DNA of 64,000 nucleotides from Lobosporangium transversale. Lineage: Eukaryota. The stretch lies in contig NW_019028996.1 of NCBI RefSeq assembly GCF_002105155.1, positions 434,001 through 498,000 on the forward strand, in the 5' to 3' direction. The notes below the pieces were generated by a model. The model had not been told where the DNA came from and searched no databases. It saw only the letters and a list, made by a program, of their open reading frames with translations. Positions 1 through 13,450 of this stretch are shown in pieces. Position numbers and translations under genes: made by a program. The first letter of the stretch is position 1; every line of letters begins with the position of its first letter.

Positions 1-143
1 ACTCGGGGCAATGCTGAAATACGTATAATTTATCGCTACTAATCTAGACATTTATGCCACCCGTCCACTTGCATACGTCTTTACTGAGAGGTCAGTAAGC
101 TACCTGGGATGTGCGTTCTTTGGGACCGATACACCTGTGCTGA

Positions 144-2690
144 CTAATTAATAAAATCATTCACCAAAACTTCTCTTGAGGTAAATGATCCTATATTAAT
201 GGGAGGCATAGCTACTTCAGGGGCCCCAAAAAATTTGTTTTTAAGTTCCGTAGCATTGACATGGAGCAATTGTGGATATTTCTTAACGAGCCCAGTATGG
301 TTCGGGATATTCAAACATCCACAAATATAGACAATTTTAAAGTCGTCAAGCTCATCTCCATCCCTTGTTAAGTGAAATAAATTTGTGTTAGAATCGATCC
401 AGGCCCTGTGCACCCCTTCAAACGCACTATCCATATATACCTCAATTTGATTTCTATTTTCGATCGATTTTGTCTTGTCTTTCCCTTAGTCTGGGCGGCG
501 AGGATCAGGGGGGTTGGAGGGCGCAAAGGCTTTCGTGATGATTGCTGAACTGTCGTCATGATCATCAAATTTTGATATCGAGACTTGAATAATGTCTTGT
601 CGTAGACATAATCGAACCTCCCAGTACCCTTTGGAAACCTCCTGAGTGTATTTTCTCTAGTTCCTATAGACGGGTCCAAGACCATGTCAGAGGAACGGCA
701 TCTTCTCCTCCCAGATTTGTTGTATTAAGGGTAAACCCTCTGTAAGAAACGAAAGTTTGGAACAACAAATCCTCGAACTCGTTGGGATCCAAGTTCCCAC
801 CCCTCAGGGCATTAAAAGAATCTTTAGGGAGTGGCATCTTTCTATATATGTCGAGGAGAGCCTCCTTTGCCGGTGGACATAAGAAATAGTGCTCAACTCT
901 CCTATTAATCCGACGTAGATAAATCAAGCTAAGATCAATGAACGGAGGCCCATGTACATGTACATCTGGGCGAAATAACGCAGAAAGAGCAGAACGCTGA
1001 GAATTTTGTTGGACCTCAGTGAGTATATGGAAGTATTCCTTTGATTTTTTATAGAATGTTTCGCACCGCGCCGATTCAAATCTGCCGATCTTTTGTTGAA
1101 TAGGTATCGTCATCAAGTCTGCTACCATCACTAATATAGTCTATTAATTTAACGACCTCTTGGGACATTATTGGTTACTCTCTTCACCTCCTTTTTTACG
1201 GTATTCCTCGATGGCAAGGTGCTCAAGGATAGGGTCTTGTCGAAGATATTGTTCGATAAAGGCCGAACAAACTCCACCCAGTCCTCGATATCATCCGAGA
1301 TGTAGACTCTTTCATATGAAGCATGTGCCGTCCCTGTGAAGACAACCCGAACGCCATTCACATCCTGGGGCCATAAAGTTAGGTGAATTAGTGGGTTCAA
1401 AAGGTCAGGCCATGACCAATTGTTCTTGCGGAAAAGTTCGCCATGTTCATCAATGATTATGAGAGTTTTCTTGCTCTTTTGACAAAGTATCTTGGACAAA
1501 ATTATCTCGGCGGCAAAAACTATGGGATCGTCCAGAGTTTTCGTGCAGTAACAACTTTTTAAGGTCTGAAGTAGCCAACAGGTCCTTATTAAGGACAAAG
1601 GATCGGAGGCATATTTCCTTAGCTGCTACAGCGACAGCCAAGTTAGCTAGTTCAGCGGCATTCGCGACATAAAGTGTTGACCAACCTTCTGCATACGCTT
1701 TTCTTGCAAGGAATATTGCAAGGGAGGATTTGCAGACGCCCATCGGTCCAGCCAATACCCTCTTGATTGATCTATTGCTATCCGCGGAGAATTTATTCCA
1801 CAGCTCCATCATCTGTTCAGTAATAATGAACGATTTGCCCTGGAAGCCTTTCCCATAGTGTTTTGGTTCTTGTCCAATATTTGGTAATTCGACTTGGTCG
1901 CCCACATCTTTTCCATCTAGTGTGGCTTTAAATTTTTTACGCGATTCTAACTTGAACCTGTCATCATTGAGCAATTCGATCAAAGTAGAATGCAAGGCTA
2001 TTGGACCATCGGATACAAGATATTCATGCCAACCTTTTGAGGAGTATCGGGCTCATGTTCGCGAGGTCGTTTCTGAGCTAAAAAGAGGGAATAATAAAAT
2101 TATTGGTTTGAAAATTGGCGTTTAAATAAACATAAGAACAACGTTATGAAAGGACGAAAAACTAGCAGTAGGAGTCTGAGGATGTGCGCGGACCTTGGAG
2201 GCGACTTCTCAAATTCTTTATAGAGATGATATCCAAAGTCGCACTCCGCCGAGACACATCTCTCCAATAACAAATAAAAAACTCAATTGCAACCATACCT
2301 CGCTGTGGTGGCTTGACAAAAACATGGATAGTCCCCTTTGGAAGTTCGGAATTAAATAACCCACAAGTTCCATTTTTGACTCAACGACGGTCTTGCCTTC
2401 GTCAGGGATGGAAACCTTGTAGAGAGTTAGGTTCTCTGGTAGGATATCACCAAACTTGGCAGGCGAATAGATGGCTTGCTTGAGTATCCCAACACTTTGC
2501 ACGAAAAAACCTTCACTGGGAAAGATGTTGCTTCTCCCTCGACAACGCAGTTCAGCTCCAGCAACGGTGGCATGGCGCGCCTTTTGCGTTGTGGGTGTTG
2601 ATTTTGTCTTTTTCGTTTATTGGGTGTGGAGGCATCCTCAAGCTTATTTGTAATCATTTTTTTCTGTGTTAGTCTCCTTGTGGTGACCAT
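144..2690 (-). pseudogene. Crinkler (CRN)-type effector pseudogene: ubiquitin-like N-terminus, P-loop NTPase, putative nuclease-like C-terminus; several frameshifts
   Basis: ATG at 2690; LNCVVEGEATSFPV..VGILKQAI..LTLYKVSIP and FPKGTIHVFVKPP (CRN HVLVxxP-like, ~2300-2345); Walker A-like GPMGVCKS and Walker B IIIDEHG spread over overlapping ORFs in different frames. Confidence 0.8.
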
Positions 2691-3146
2691 TGTTAATAAA
2701 GATGTGTAAGACTGAGTATGGCTGAAATGCTGGGAGAAAATGAAAAATGAGTAAGGCAAAAAAAAAAAAAAAAGGAAAGAGAGCAAAATTGACGGGAGCA
2801 AACCTGCCCCAGCCATTGCCTGTTGGAGGTTGTCGTCTCTTTGCGCTGCAGCGCAAGGCTGTTGATCGTACCTTGGACCAGTTCATAGCTGACAACCCTG
2901 ACCTCAACCCCGTTGAGATTGCAGAGTTGCGATTTGATGGTTCTCCAAGAAGTGAAAGATGACATGGCTGCACCAATCGATTTCAGCCACCGCATCTTCG
3001 TTCTCAAGGATAGCAAGACTGAGAACTCAAGAGAGTTAAGAATGGTAGTCTAATTGTCTACTCAAATAACAAAATAGATAAAACAACTATACTTATACTA
3101 GATAAATATTAATTTTTCAGGAATTATAAGCTATCAACACATTACC

Positions 3147-3338
3147 ATGTCTGAAAATGCAAACCGAACTTACAAAAAATTTGAATCAGTTTACTTTGCT
3201 GCTGACAAGAAGCAAACCTTGGGTCCACAAGCAAAGGCTCACGAATGGGCTGATGCCGACAGCAATACTTTTGCGATGTACGAAAGTGGCCTTTCTCCCG
3301 ACGGCAAGAGGTTGATTTACGAGTTTGCAAGCTACTAA
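3147..3338 (+). CDS. small 63-aa hypothetical protein
   Basis: Clean ORF with ACCATGT start context and normal amino-acid complexity, between AT-rich flanks; no recognised domain. Confidence 0.5.
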   Translation: MSENANRTYKKFESVYFAADKKQTLGPQAKAHEWADADSNTFAMYESGLSPDGKRLIYEFASY

Positions 3339-3607
3339 GATCAACATGCATTCTTGGATACATATAACAAACTCCCGAACCCTTCCTGGTTTTTTTATTT
3401 TTTTATTTTTATTTTTTATTTTTTATTTTTTTTATTTGGTAGTGGTGTGCATCGCATAAACAATTCCTTTCTATCTTCTAATATGTGGTACTTATGGGAC
3501 AATTGCATTTTTAATGATGCAAAGACTGGGTTAGTACAAAGGAAAATTAACCTGTTCCATACTCAGGTCGGGGGCCGTACTTCCCCCTGCTTTGATCCAA
3601 GAAAAAA

Positions 3608-3680
3608 CGGACCTTCCGGGTTTGAAACCCAGACTCTCCGCTACAGAGGGGGAAGCTTTAGCCACTAGGCCAGGCTTACC
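3608..3680 (-). other. tRNA-derived (Tyr-GTA-like) pseudogene or SINE head
   Basis: Minus strand has A box TGGCCTAGTGG, CTGTAG anticodon-like loop, T-arm CTGGG-TTTCAAA-CCCGG, then T6; acceptor stem does not pair. Confidence 0.5.
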
Positions 3681-3819
3681 TGGTCGTCCTGCTGGCTATC
3701 ACGTGCTACTCGGTTGGTGGCAAAGCTAAGATTCCCAGGGTCCAAAAACAGGCGCACTGACTGCTTGTCTTTTTTCTTTTACTTTTTTCTTTCATCTCAT
3801 TACTCCATCCGCTTTCATT

Positions 3820-4553
3820 ATGACCACGGTAAATGCTTTAGAAATTAAGACCGAGGAGGACGAGGGAAAGATAGTACATATGTTATTTTAAAAGTAATTC
3901 TAGTTATTTTGGCATCCTAAACACTGTTATTTTCTATATTTTTTAATGCATTTTATACCAGAGTACTTCGGATAACCAAGTTGTCGTAGTTGACTATCAA
4001 GACCTTGTCTCTGGTACTGATATCTCTGCAAAGATTGAGGAGGCATTTGGCGCACACGAGCACTGTCTTGGCTTATTGTTGGTTAGCAACTTACCTAAAG
4101 AGTACTTGGCTCTCCGTGAGCGACTACTGAAGCTTGCATCCACTTTTGCAGCCCTACCAGAAGAGGCCAAAGACAAGACTGTCCATGCTGCCAGTCGTTA
4201 CAGTTTTGGATGGAGTTGTGGCAAGGAGATTATGAATGGAAAACCTGGTAAAGTGTATTACTTGCAAAAGAATTATCAAAAAAAAAAAAAGCAAATGGAG
4301 TCATGCAAAGTCTTGTGGGAAATGCATTCGTGGGAATTTTTTCTTGTACGATATTGATGGCTCGGCCTATGAACAGTCGTTCGTGAATGTTAGAGTAACT
4401 CGCTTTCGGAATTCGGATTAAATAAACTAGACTATTGTGAGCTTGGGAAATGAGGGAGGGCCAACAGTTCCGGGATGGAAAATGACAGATGGCTCATGTC
4501 TGTGCAACGTTAGAGTTTATGCACCCCGCATTTCTTTCAATACGCCCTGACCC

Positions 4554-4589
<36 letters not shown>

Positions 4590-5430
4590 CTTCTTTTAAT
4601 TACATCCTCCACGTCCATGGACAATATATTGTGGCATGGAAAATGTAGACGTCTCCAAAGGAAGTTACTATGCCAATCCATTGATGGATGAACCTGAATC
4701 TTCCAAGATTCTCCAGGAGCAGTTCCCCGAATATTGCCATCCCAACGTTTGGCCATCAGAAGATCTACCCGAGCTTGAAGTTGCCTTCAAGGAATTGGGG
4801 CAATTTATTGTCGAGCTCGGAAAACAAGTCGCCAAGGAATGTGACAAACTTGTGCACTCCAAATTACCTTCCTTCTCGCCTACGCATCTTCAAGATGTCA
4901 TCCGTGACTCCAAGACAACTAAGGCAAGATTGTTACATTATTATCCGCAGACCGGAACTATCGAGGGCGAGAAGAGGGATGATATGGATTCATGGTGTGG
5001 ATGGCATTTGGATCACGGTTCTCTCACTGGCCTGACTAGCGCCATGTATATCGATGAATCTGATAAAAGCGAAGGCTGGAAGGAGGTCAGTTGCCCTGAC
5101 CCCGAAGCTGGATTGTATATCCGTAACCGTGGCCAACAAGTTGTTAAGGCCTCCATTCCTCGCGATCATTTGGCATTCCAAACAGGCGAGGCTTTACAGC
5201 TAGCTACTCGTGGCTTGTTGGCCGCAACACCTCACTGCGTTCGTGGTGCAACTCCTCCTGAAAATGATCCCAAACACTATGCTACATTGGCCAGAAATAC
5301 ATTTGCAGTCTTTATGCAGCCCTCGCTCGAAACCATCGTTACAGAAGATGGACGCAATTTTGGTGAATGGACTAAAGAGGTTTTGGACCGTTACTATGAT
5401 AAGGACAGCAAGCAAGCCAAGAAGCATTAA
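3820..5430 (+). CDS. 2-oxoglutarate/Fe(II)-dependent oxygenase (IPNS-like fold), 3 exons
   Basis: Exons 3820-3828, 3962-4247, 4649-5430 join in frame with GT-AG introns; RLLHYY, WHLDH (HxD), TPHCV motifs. Confidence 0.85.
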
Positions 5431-5554
5431 GAAATGCATTTAGAAAAACAGCAATAATAATAAAACCCCCACATAATGGCGAGATAACTGTAAACTAATA
5501 GAGTTTTTAATTCTAACAAACAAACAAAAAGCTATTACGACTATCATTTAACAT

Positions 5555-8500
5555 TCAAACAGTCGGCGCGGGGATCTGAGTAGGGGCAGGAGCAGAGACG
5601 GAAGCAGGAACTGGCGCTGAGGAAGAAGATTCTTCTGTTGCAGGAGCCGACGTAGTATTTCCTCCGCCTGCATCCTTTCCGCGGTTGCGACGACGCGCAT
5701 TACCACCTTGGTTGTTTTGGCCATTATGGTTTTGCTGCTTGCCAGAACTACCTGCTCTTTGTCCCTTAGATTCCTTTGATTCCTTAGGTGCTTTGGGTTC
5801 CTTTGGTTCCTTTTGCTCTTTTGGCTCCTTTGGTTCCTTTTGCTCTTTTGGCTCCTTAGGTTCCTTGGGCTCTTTTGGTTCCTTAGACTCTCTCAACTCT
5901 TTAGAGCCTTTATGCTCTTTATGCTCTTTATGTGAGGGGATTGATGCTGAAACATCATCTTCATTGGCTGGTAAAGGCCGAGGACGGACATGTCCTTGTC
6001 CATTACGATGATGACCGCCGCCCCGCTGAGCATTTCCTTGTGGACGTGGTCCATTGTTGTGGTGATAGGTATTACTGCTGGTGGCTATATTATTGCTACT
6101 GCTGCCGCCACTGCTGTTATTAACATTTTGATGTGAGTGGCCAAAGTTGTGAGGCCCATGAGGGGGACGAGGTTGACGTTGAGCACGATGAGTATTCTGC
6201 TTATGGTGTTGCTGGATATGTGAAGGCTTCATCCAAGCTGAGGGTTTTGACTGTTGTTGCTGGGGTGGTGGAGCAGGTCGAAAGTGCTCAAGCAAAGCTG
6301 CAGCTTGAGTTCCAGCAGCTGGGAGCGCAAATGGAGGAATAGAGGGGCCTGGTTGAACACTATGAGCACCATCCTCTAAAGGAACGTTCTTGTGAAGAAG
6401 ACTAAGCAAGTGAGCTGATGGGTCATGGACAGAGGTATTGTTCACAGAGTTAGGTCGAGCTGCAATCTGAGGCACCTGACGAGGACGAGGGAAGAAGCCT
6501 AGGCTTTGGTTAGCAGTCGTGCGTGCATCAACGGGAGTGTGAGGAGCCGCTGGAGCGCTTGGATGTCTGTTGCCACTAGTTTGATTTTTGTGTGGACGTG
6601 GCCCATTTTTGGGACGTTGATTATCGGGAGTAGGAGCAACACCCATGATCTCCCATCCATGAGGCTTTTTATCGGCAGGCTGCTTTTGCTGGTGGTGTTT
6701 GGGTGGCAGGATAGTAACAGGCTTGGGACGGGAGGGTTCAGAAGTAGCAGGAGCAGGAGCAGGATGTTTTTGGTTACACTGGGGAGTGGTCAAATTCAGG
6801 ATTGATTGTGGCAATACAGTCATGCCACGGTACATGGAACATCGTCCGCTAAGATCCATACCGCTCATGAATTTGTCATCAAAGAGAACTTCAATCTCCA
6901 GTCGATCAATCCCAACAACCGTGCCTTTGGCACCAATAGGGACCGTTCCAGAATCTTGAACAAAAACAACCCTATCGCCAAGATTAAAGGTTTGATCAGA
7001 CAACAAAGTGGCAGCATGACTGGGCTTGAGCATTGTTTGTCGACCAAGATTCTTGACAATGATGTGCTTCATTCCTGGCCTGTTCTCGACATAGTGGTCA
7101 GCGGCTTCCTCGATAAGTGCGATCGTATCCTAAGACGGAGAGGTTGAATCAAATGGTTACTTCTCATTCGTAACAAGTTAAATTATCCACATGGACGCAC
7201 TTTCCTGTTAGGCTCAATTCACCTACCTTATCCAATTGTACCGCATCTAGATCAACGCGCTCAAACTCGCGCACCTTGGACTTCTTGAGCCATTCCTCAA
7301 TGCGTTTGATTTTCTCTGTGCTATCACCATCAGGATACAGTTCTTCGGCAACGTAAAGATCATTGCGTGCCTTTTTTTCCAGTGCATCGATGAACTCTGG
7401 GAACAATCTCTTGTATTCCTCAAGTAGGTCTACAGCCTTTTGAGTAAACTCCCAGCCATTTTCGGTCTTGCGAGTGTAGCCAAGTACTTTCTGCCTCTTG
7501 GCTTCAAATTTGAGGTTAAGACCTAAATTAACACGTCGATCCGTCGATCGATACACGACATAGAGCGACGAAGTCAGTTTACTCAGGATCAACGCAGAGA
7601 TACCAACTGTTCTGCAAACAACGAATGATGGCATGTATATTGTTTCCGCCAAAGCTTTTTGAGCAATCTCTTGTCCAAATTTCGGCTCTTCTGCTGAATC
7701 GCTTGGAATCTAATGATATCAACAAAAATGAGAAGGAAATCGCACAAGCATCGTTAGTCTCCAAAAGTATTGTATTTGAGATTCAATGCATACTAAATAC
7801 CATATGCTTACGGCGACTCGAAGCGCTAAGGCATGCTCTGAGTGTGCGATCACTTGTGCAGGACATCCATAGTGGCCCTCTCTGCCTAAGAAGAAGACCT
7901 GCGATTCCATTGGAAAGTCTTCGCAAAGTGATCTTGGAGGCTCCTCTTTGGTTCTAGTGTCTGGATGTTTGACAGAATCGACAATTGTCTGAATTGCAAA
8001 CTCTTGCTCCTCTCCGGGCTTACAGAAATCCTTGACTAAGGCCCCATTCATTTCTCGTTTAAGACCCTTCAGTAACAGAACCTCGGCCGTAAACTCAATA
8101 TCTCCGATTATCACTCCAAATCGCTTCGTGTACAAAGTTTCAATCTTGTCCACGCGTTTCCTCCAGGTATCGAAAGTGTTGGTACGATGAGGGGTCTGGA
8201 TGACCACCTTGTTCCTACCTTGAAGCTGCACTTCATATTTAAACATCTCATCCGAAATAGATGACACAACACCCTCCTTTAGGAATGGCCATCCAACATA
8301 AACGCGTTTACCGATTTTGGATAGTGCAAGTTTTTCTGGCTTAAGACCTTCAAATCTGTTGACAATGTTGACGACCATAGTCTCATTGCGAGATGGCGCC
8401 TGGAATACCTGGACGCCATGGAATCCTAGGCTGCCTGTATGTTGGATAGTGTCTAATGAGGGAAATCCAAACAGTGCGTCGACGCCCTTGAAGGCTCCTT

Positions 8501-8977
8501 CGCAAAGACCCTTCCTTAAGGATGATACACCTTCAATAGTGGGAAGATGAAAGATGGACTGCTTGCATTTGCAGTCCCTGATATCAGGGAAGAATGAAGG
8601 TAGCGGTGACGGATATATTTCCGAAAGACTTTCATCGCGCATGAACAATGTGCTCTCTCCACTGGCGTTTCGTTCGCGTTCCTCCTCAGTCAGTAAATGT
8701 TCTTTAGATTTCATGGCTGCTAGCAGCCTTTCCTGGTCAATAAACGGAATTTTGACAATAGCCTCCCAATCCTGCTTCTTGCCGTTCATATCCAGTTCAA
8801 AATCTTTAGGATAGAAGTCTTTAATAGGCGACGACTCCATGACAATCAAATCCCAATACGCTTGTGGAATATGCTGTTTACTGGCCTCTGGCAATACTCC
8901 CATTAGTTGCTCGTATGGCTTGAATGGCTGGCCAAGTTCAAATGGTAGTTTGAACTCCTCCAAATCCACCAAATCTA

Positions 8978-9012
<35 letters not shown>

Positions 9013-11831
9013 AAATTAGGATGAATTATATTACTGGTTGATTTTTTTTTTTTTTTTTTTTTTTACCTGATATTTTGGGAGCATAGTGATAAGGATAAAA
9101 CCATGCCCAAGATGCCACTCCTCGGTAATAATAATACAATACCCATTGAAGACCTTCGACATATTTGAACACCATGCGACGAATCTCTTCTGGGGTTTCA
9201 AGCTCTGGCTTAGTCTGTATGAAGAAACGGGTTCAGAGTAAAGGATAAATGACAGTAGAAATAAGAATAAAAGCTTCATGAGACGACGTCTTGATATACA
9301 ACATCTCAGGCAGCTAAATGTGTAATAAAGTCACAGGACAAAATAGTCAATCCAAGGGTAACTACTAACCAAATAATAATCTTGTTTCCACTGTTTGAAC
9401 CGATCCTGATATACATTACGAGCCTTTTCATCTCGAAGCTCCTCGTTCTCAATTGCATCTGCAACAATTGTGGCTTGATCGTACTTGCGCATAATACGAG
9501 CACGAGCTTCCTGAGATTCTACGTCCTCTTCATCCTCCTCTTCATCAAACTCGATAAAAATGTGTTTATCACCATTCTCTGTCTCAATTCCGTGATGAAC
9601 CTCGATTGCCGACGCTATTTTCTTTACAAAGCTCCTGTCACTCGAGTTGAGCGTTTTTGGAAAATGGAGAATTTCCTTACGCTCTAAGACAAAATCTTTG
9701 ATTTGATCATAGAGGTCTTTTTGTCGCTTTGTCATCACTGTCAAGTTTTTAAAGATGAACTTGTCAGTTTATCGGTATTAAATACAATTCGATACACTCA
9801 TTTGCTTTCAAAAATAAAAATAAAATTAACATTACCAATTTCATTAGCATTTATAACGGGTTTGCCCATACGCATTCCTTGCCTATGCTTGCCTTTCTGA
9901 CCAGGAGCAGGGGTAATGATCAACTCGGCCATCTTTCCTCCAATATATTTGAGGTCATCGCATTCTGCTTCAAAAGCTTCATGCTCGATTACCTCTGCCA
10001 GTTCATGAAACATGGCCTCGACACGTTTCATATCCAGGACACCCGAGTCCTGAAAATAACCACCTAGCTGTGGTAATAACTTCTTGTAGATGTTAAATAA
10101 GAGGGCAAGAGCACCTTCTGCAATGTGCAGATTGGGTAAATGAGGCAAGAAATCGTTTCCGACAAACAGACATATTAAGACAAAATCATCAATGATCCGC
10201 TCCAGATCGTACGGGAAGGGTAATGAGTCTTGTAGAGAACAGAATTCTAAATCAAGATATTCTCGTAGTAGCGATAGATGCATCAGGAAAAAGTTTTGAG
10301 TGTCGATGCTCCTAATACCAAATTCAGTTGTTGAGTATTATGTATAGAAAAGAGTCGTCAGAGGTATATATTAATACATAAATCCAATGCATATTATCAA
10401 GCAGTAGAGTAGGCTCAGTTAAACTTTCCAGACACAGCACAAATGAACTGCACCTTCCTGGGGACATTCACAAGGACATTACGGTAAATAAAGAACTTAC
10501 CCCTTCTTCTTATTTGCCTTTCCAAATGTGACTTCTTCTCGTAGCAATGCAAAATGAGGTTCATGGCTAAGAAGACCCAGCATAATGAGATCCGCATCAA
10601 GACCATATAGACAGTGCCTTGTGTTCGGGTCATAATCCTTCTGAGCTTTGGACAGACGGATGTACTCCATGATCTTGTGTTCACCCTCTCCAGGGACTTC
10701 GTGCCCAGACAAGATGACTTTGAGGTTACGCCAATTGGCATCCTCTGTAATCTTTTTAGAAATGAAATACTTCAGCTGTACCGACAATCTCTTCATGAAA
10801 GGCGTTCCTGTTGATCAGTGCGAAGCACGGACACACAGATGGAAAGTGGCGAAGCAAAAGATAGAGATTGATCAATAAAATGTAATAAAAAACAAAACTA
10901 AAAACAAAAATAAAACAAAAAACACAGAGTTGTATTCTTCATACCTGGTGTGATACAATTGCGATCAAATTGCTCCTCTTCCGGCAGCTCTTCACCTTTG
11001 GCGATGGCCTTGCGCTTGGCATCCTCCGCATCCTTGGCAGTACGGAAGCGGCGGGAACGCTGCTGGTTCATCTTTGCACGGGGTGCAACACCTAATAGAC
11101 CAATGACCGTATTTGGTAAGTTGTTGATTTTGTTAGTGAGTCAAAAAAAAAAAGGCAACCAACAGGATACTGCGCCATGAGGTAGACCCAATAAACAATC
11201 ACAAACTACATTACCATCCACTGCCATAAAAAAGACTTTTTGTGGCCTGATCTTCAAGAAAAGGTGATCAATATAGTTAAAGATTGCAAGAAAGATCCTA
11301 TCTTCTGATAGACGGAAGTGTGCATCGGTATCATTGGGTAGCGAGCAGTTGTGGATAATTCCATTCATATCCAGATACAGGTTGTCTAATAATGATAGTG
11401 TACCCAAAAAAAGAAAAAAAAAACAAATGTCATTATACTCCTCTTCTTTTCTCTCCCACAGATCAACATATCCAAGAAGCATTTTGCTGGACTTTAAGAC
11501 AGTATGTTCCTTCGATTACCAAATTCTGGGATGGCATTCTCGGTGATCAACTGAGAACATAATGGATATCTCTCTCTACATTAATTGGGTAGAGAGTCAT
11601 AAAAAGAAAAAAGCAGGCAGATGGGTTGCATGTGTGCCAAATTCACATGTGAGATTAGTTTTGACTATGTTCATTAACCCACTAACAACGGTAAAAGCTC
11701 ATTAATTGTATTTTTTTTTATTCTAATCATTCATCTGTTCACAACTCTATGATGTCAAAGCATCTCTCTTAATTGACACCATGTCTATTATTGAATTACC
11801 CCATCCATCGGAAAAACTTTGGCACTCCCAT
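5555..11831 (-). CDS. XRN1: 5'-3' exoribonuclease 1, multi-exon
   Basis: MGVPKFFRW start at 11831; [57 protein letters not shown]-terminal SH3-like [15 protein letters not shown] typical of Xrn1. Confidence 0.97.
5765..5925 (-). repeat. 9-bp coding tandem repeat (KEP/KEQ/KES tripeptides) in the XRN1 tail
   Basis: [39 protein letters not shown] in the translation. Confidence 0.9.
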
Positions 11832-12136
11832 GGCTGTATCTCGGTTTCTCTGTCTATGTGGATATGATGCGAGTGAAAAAAAAAAAGTATACGCGCCAAG
11901 TGTATTGTGTTGGTCTAAAGAGAAAAGCTTATGATGTTGTAGCTGCTACTATTGCTGTGTTACTTGTTATTGCCAAATAGGGTATGGCACAGGAAAAAAA
12001 AATAGAAAAGGCTGGAGAAGAAAAGAAAAAGAAAAATGTAGGGAAGAAAAGAAAGAGAATGGATAAAAAAGAGAATGTAACTGCGGCGACTTGAAAAGGT
12101 CCGAGAACAAGGTTGATGAGGAGGAACAAGAAAGAT

Positions 12137-12171
12137 GAATTGAATTGAATTGAATTGAATTGAATTGAATT
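12137..12171. repeat. (GAATT)7 microsatellite
   Basis: Direct reading. Confidence 0.9.
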
Positions 12172-12229
12172 AAATTGACCCTCCACATCATCGTTTCTCA
12201 GAAACAAATAGGACGCGTGATCACCCTTA

Positions 12230-13450
12230 AGACTCTACGCAATTGCTTTCTTTAGTTGCCGTTTCTTTCTTAATTTGAGTCCAATGCGATCCTTTATTGA
12301 TCAGCCTTTTTGACCTGGGTGTTAGGCCTCTCCAAAGTCCTGGATTGCAACTTGAAATCCTAGAGATTGGCCTCGATCTTCTCGATGATATGGATGACCT
12401 ACTTGGTCTGCTCATGCTCACGAACTGAGGTCTCGATCTCTATAGTCAAGTTAACATTATAATCGAGTTCAAAAGTTTCAGCTAGAAGATTGACATTCTC
12501 CTTGGAGAGAGCGTAGAGGGCCTTAGTAATGCTAACAGTGCCCTTCATCTGGTCAATTGATCAATGGGCTTCTCAACAGCTGTTTAATATCTTTTGAAGG
12601 ATGGAATGGGTCTTGTAGACATGGCCATCTCCAAACCCGCCAAAAGTGGCAAAAAAAGCTAAGAGAAGAGAACCAAAGGCTTCTCACTGAAGATATAGAT
12701 CTCTTAGGAGGTCAATTAGCTGGTAACGTTGGTAAGAACAGTAACGTATGGATTTTAGTGGGTGGCGAATTATCAGGGTGCAAATCAATGATGCTCTGGG
12801 CCTTTTTCTTGGGTGAAGCTTACTTTTCAATGGGTGAGAATAAAACAGTGAATACATGGGCGATCAGCCTTTGTCACGGTATATCCATGTTGGGAAGATC
12901 TTTTTTCACAAGGATAACTGGTTTCATCGATTTGATGGTCTGTGTGCTGGTAATATCATACGATCATTTATGTCAAGCACATTCTCGATTATGGTATCCG
13001 AATATCTTTCATTTGTCAACTAGTTGAGCCATGGTCCTTGATAGGTGTCATTCCAGACAGTGTGAATAAAACTTCTATCTCGTGTTGAATTCACAAGAGC
13101 TCTTTAGAAAGCAAGGCGACCAAATGTCGGATGCTTTAGACCAAAGCAAATTAACCACTTTCAGTGCAAAATAATTACTAATATGGAAAATATATACCAA
13201 ACACATTCGCGTCAGAGACTGTGGGGTGCTGAACAGCAAGCATAGAACAACGACAGCTAACAACAAATAGGCTCATTGATAGAGTAGGGCTAGATAGCAT
13301 GTTGAACGGAACAAGAGCCAGATTCTAGAGTTATTGCAAAGTTGCCTTAGGCCCTTTCTTGACATAGTGTCCCTGGACAGTCCGAGCATATTGGAATGGC
13401 GCTCTATTGAATGCTAGTGTATAGTTGCAAATGCCTCTCTCGGGCACATG
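12230..13450 (-). mobile_element. highly degenerate non-LTR retrotransposon (RT) remnant, boundaries uncertain
   Basis: KGLRQ followed, after an apparent deletion, by FAITLE at 13322-13356, resembling LINE RT GLRQGDPLSPLLFxIxLE; otherwise stop-ridden. Confidence 0.3.

Noticed and set aside
3608..3680. Functional tRNA-Tyr gene
   Set aside because: Acceptor stem unpaired and T-loop non-canonical; kept only as tRNA-derived
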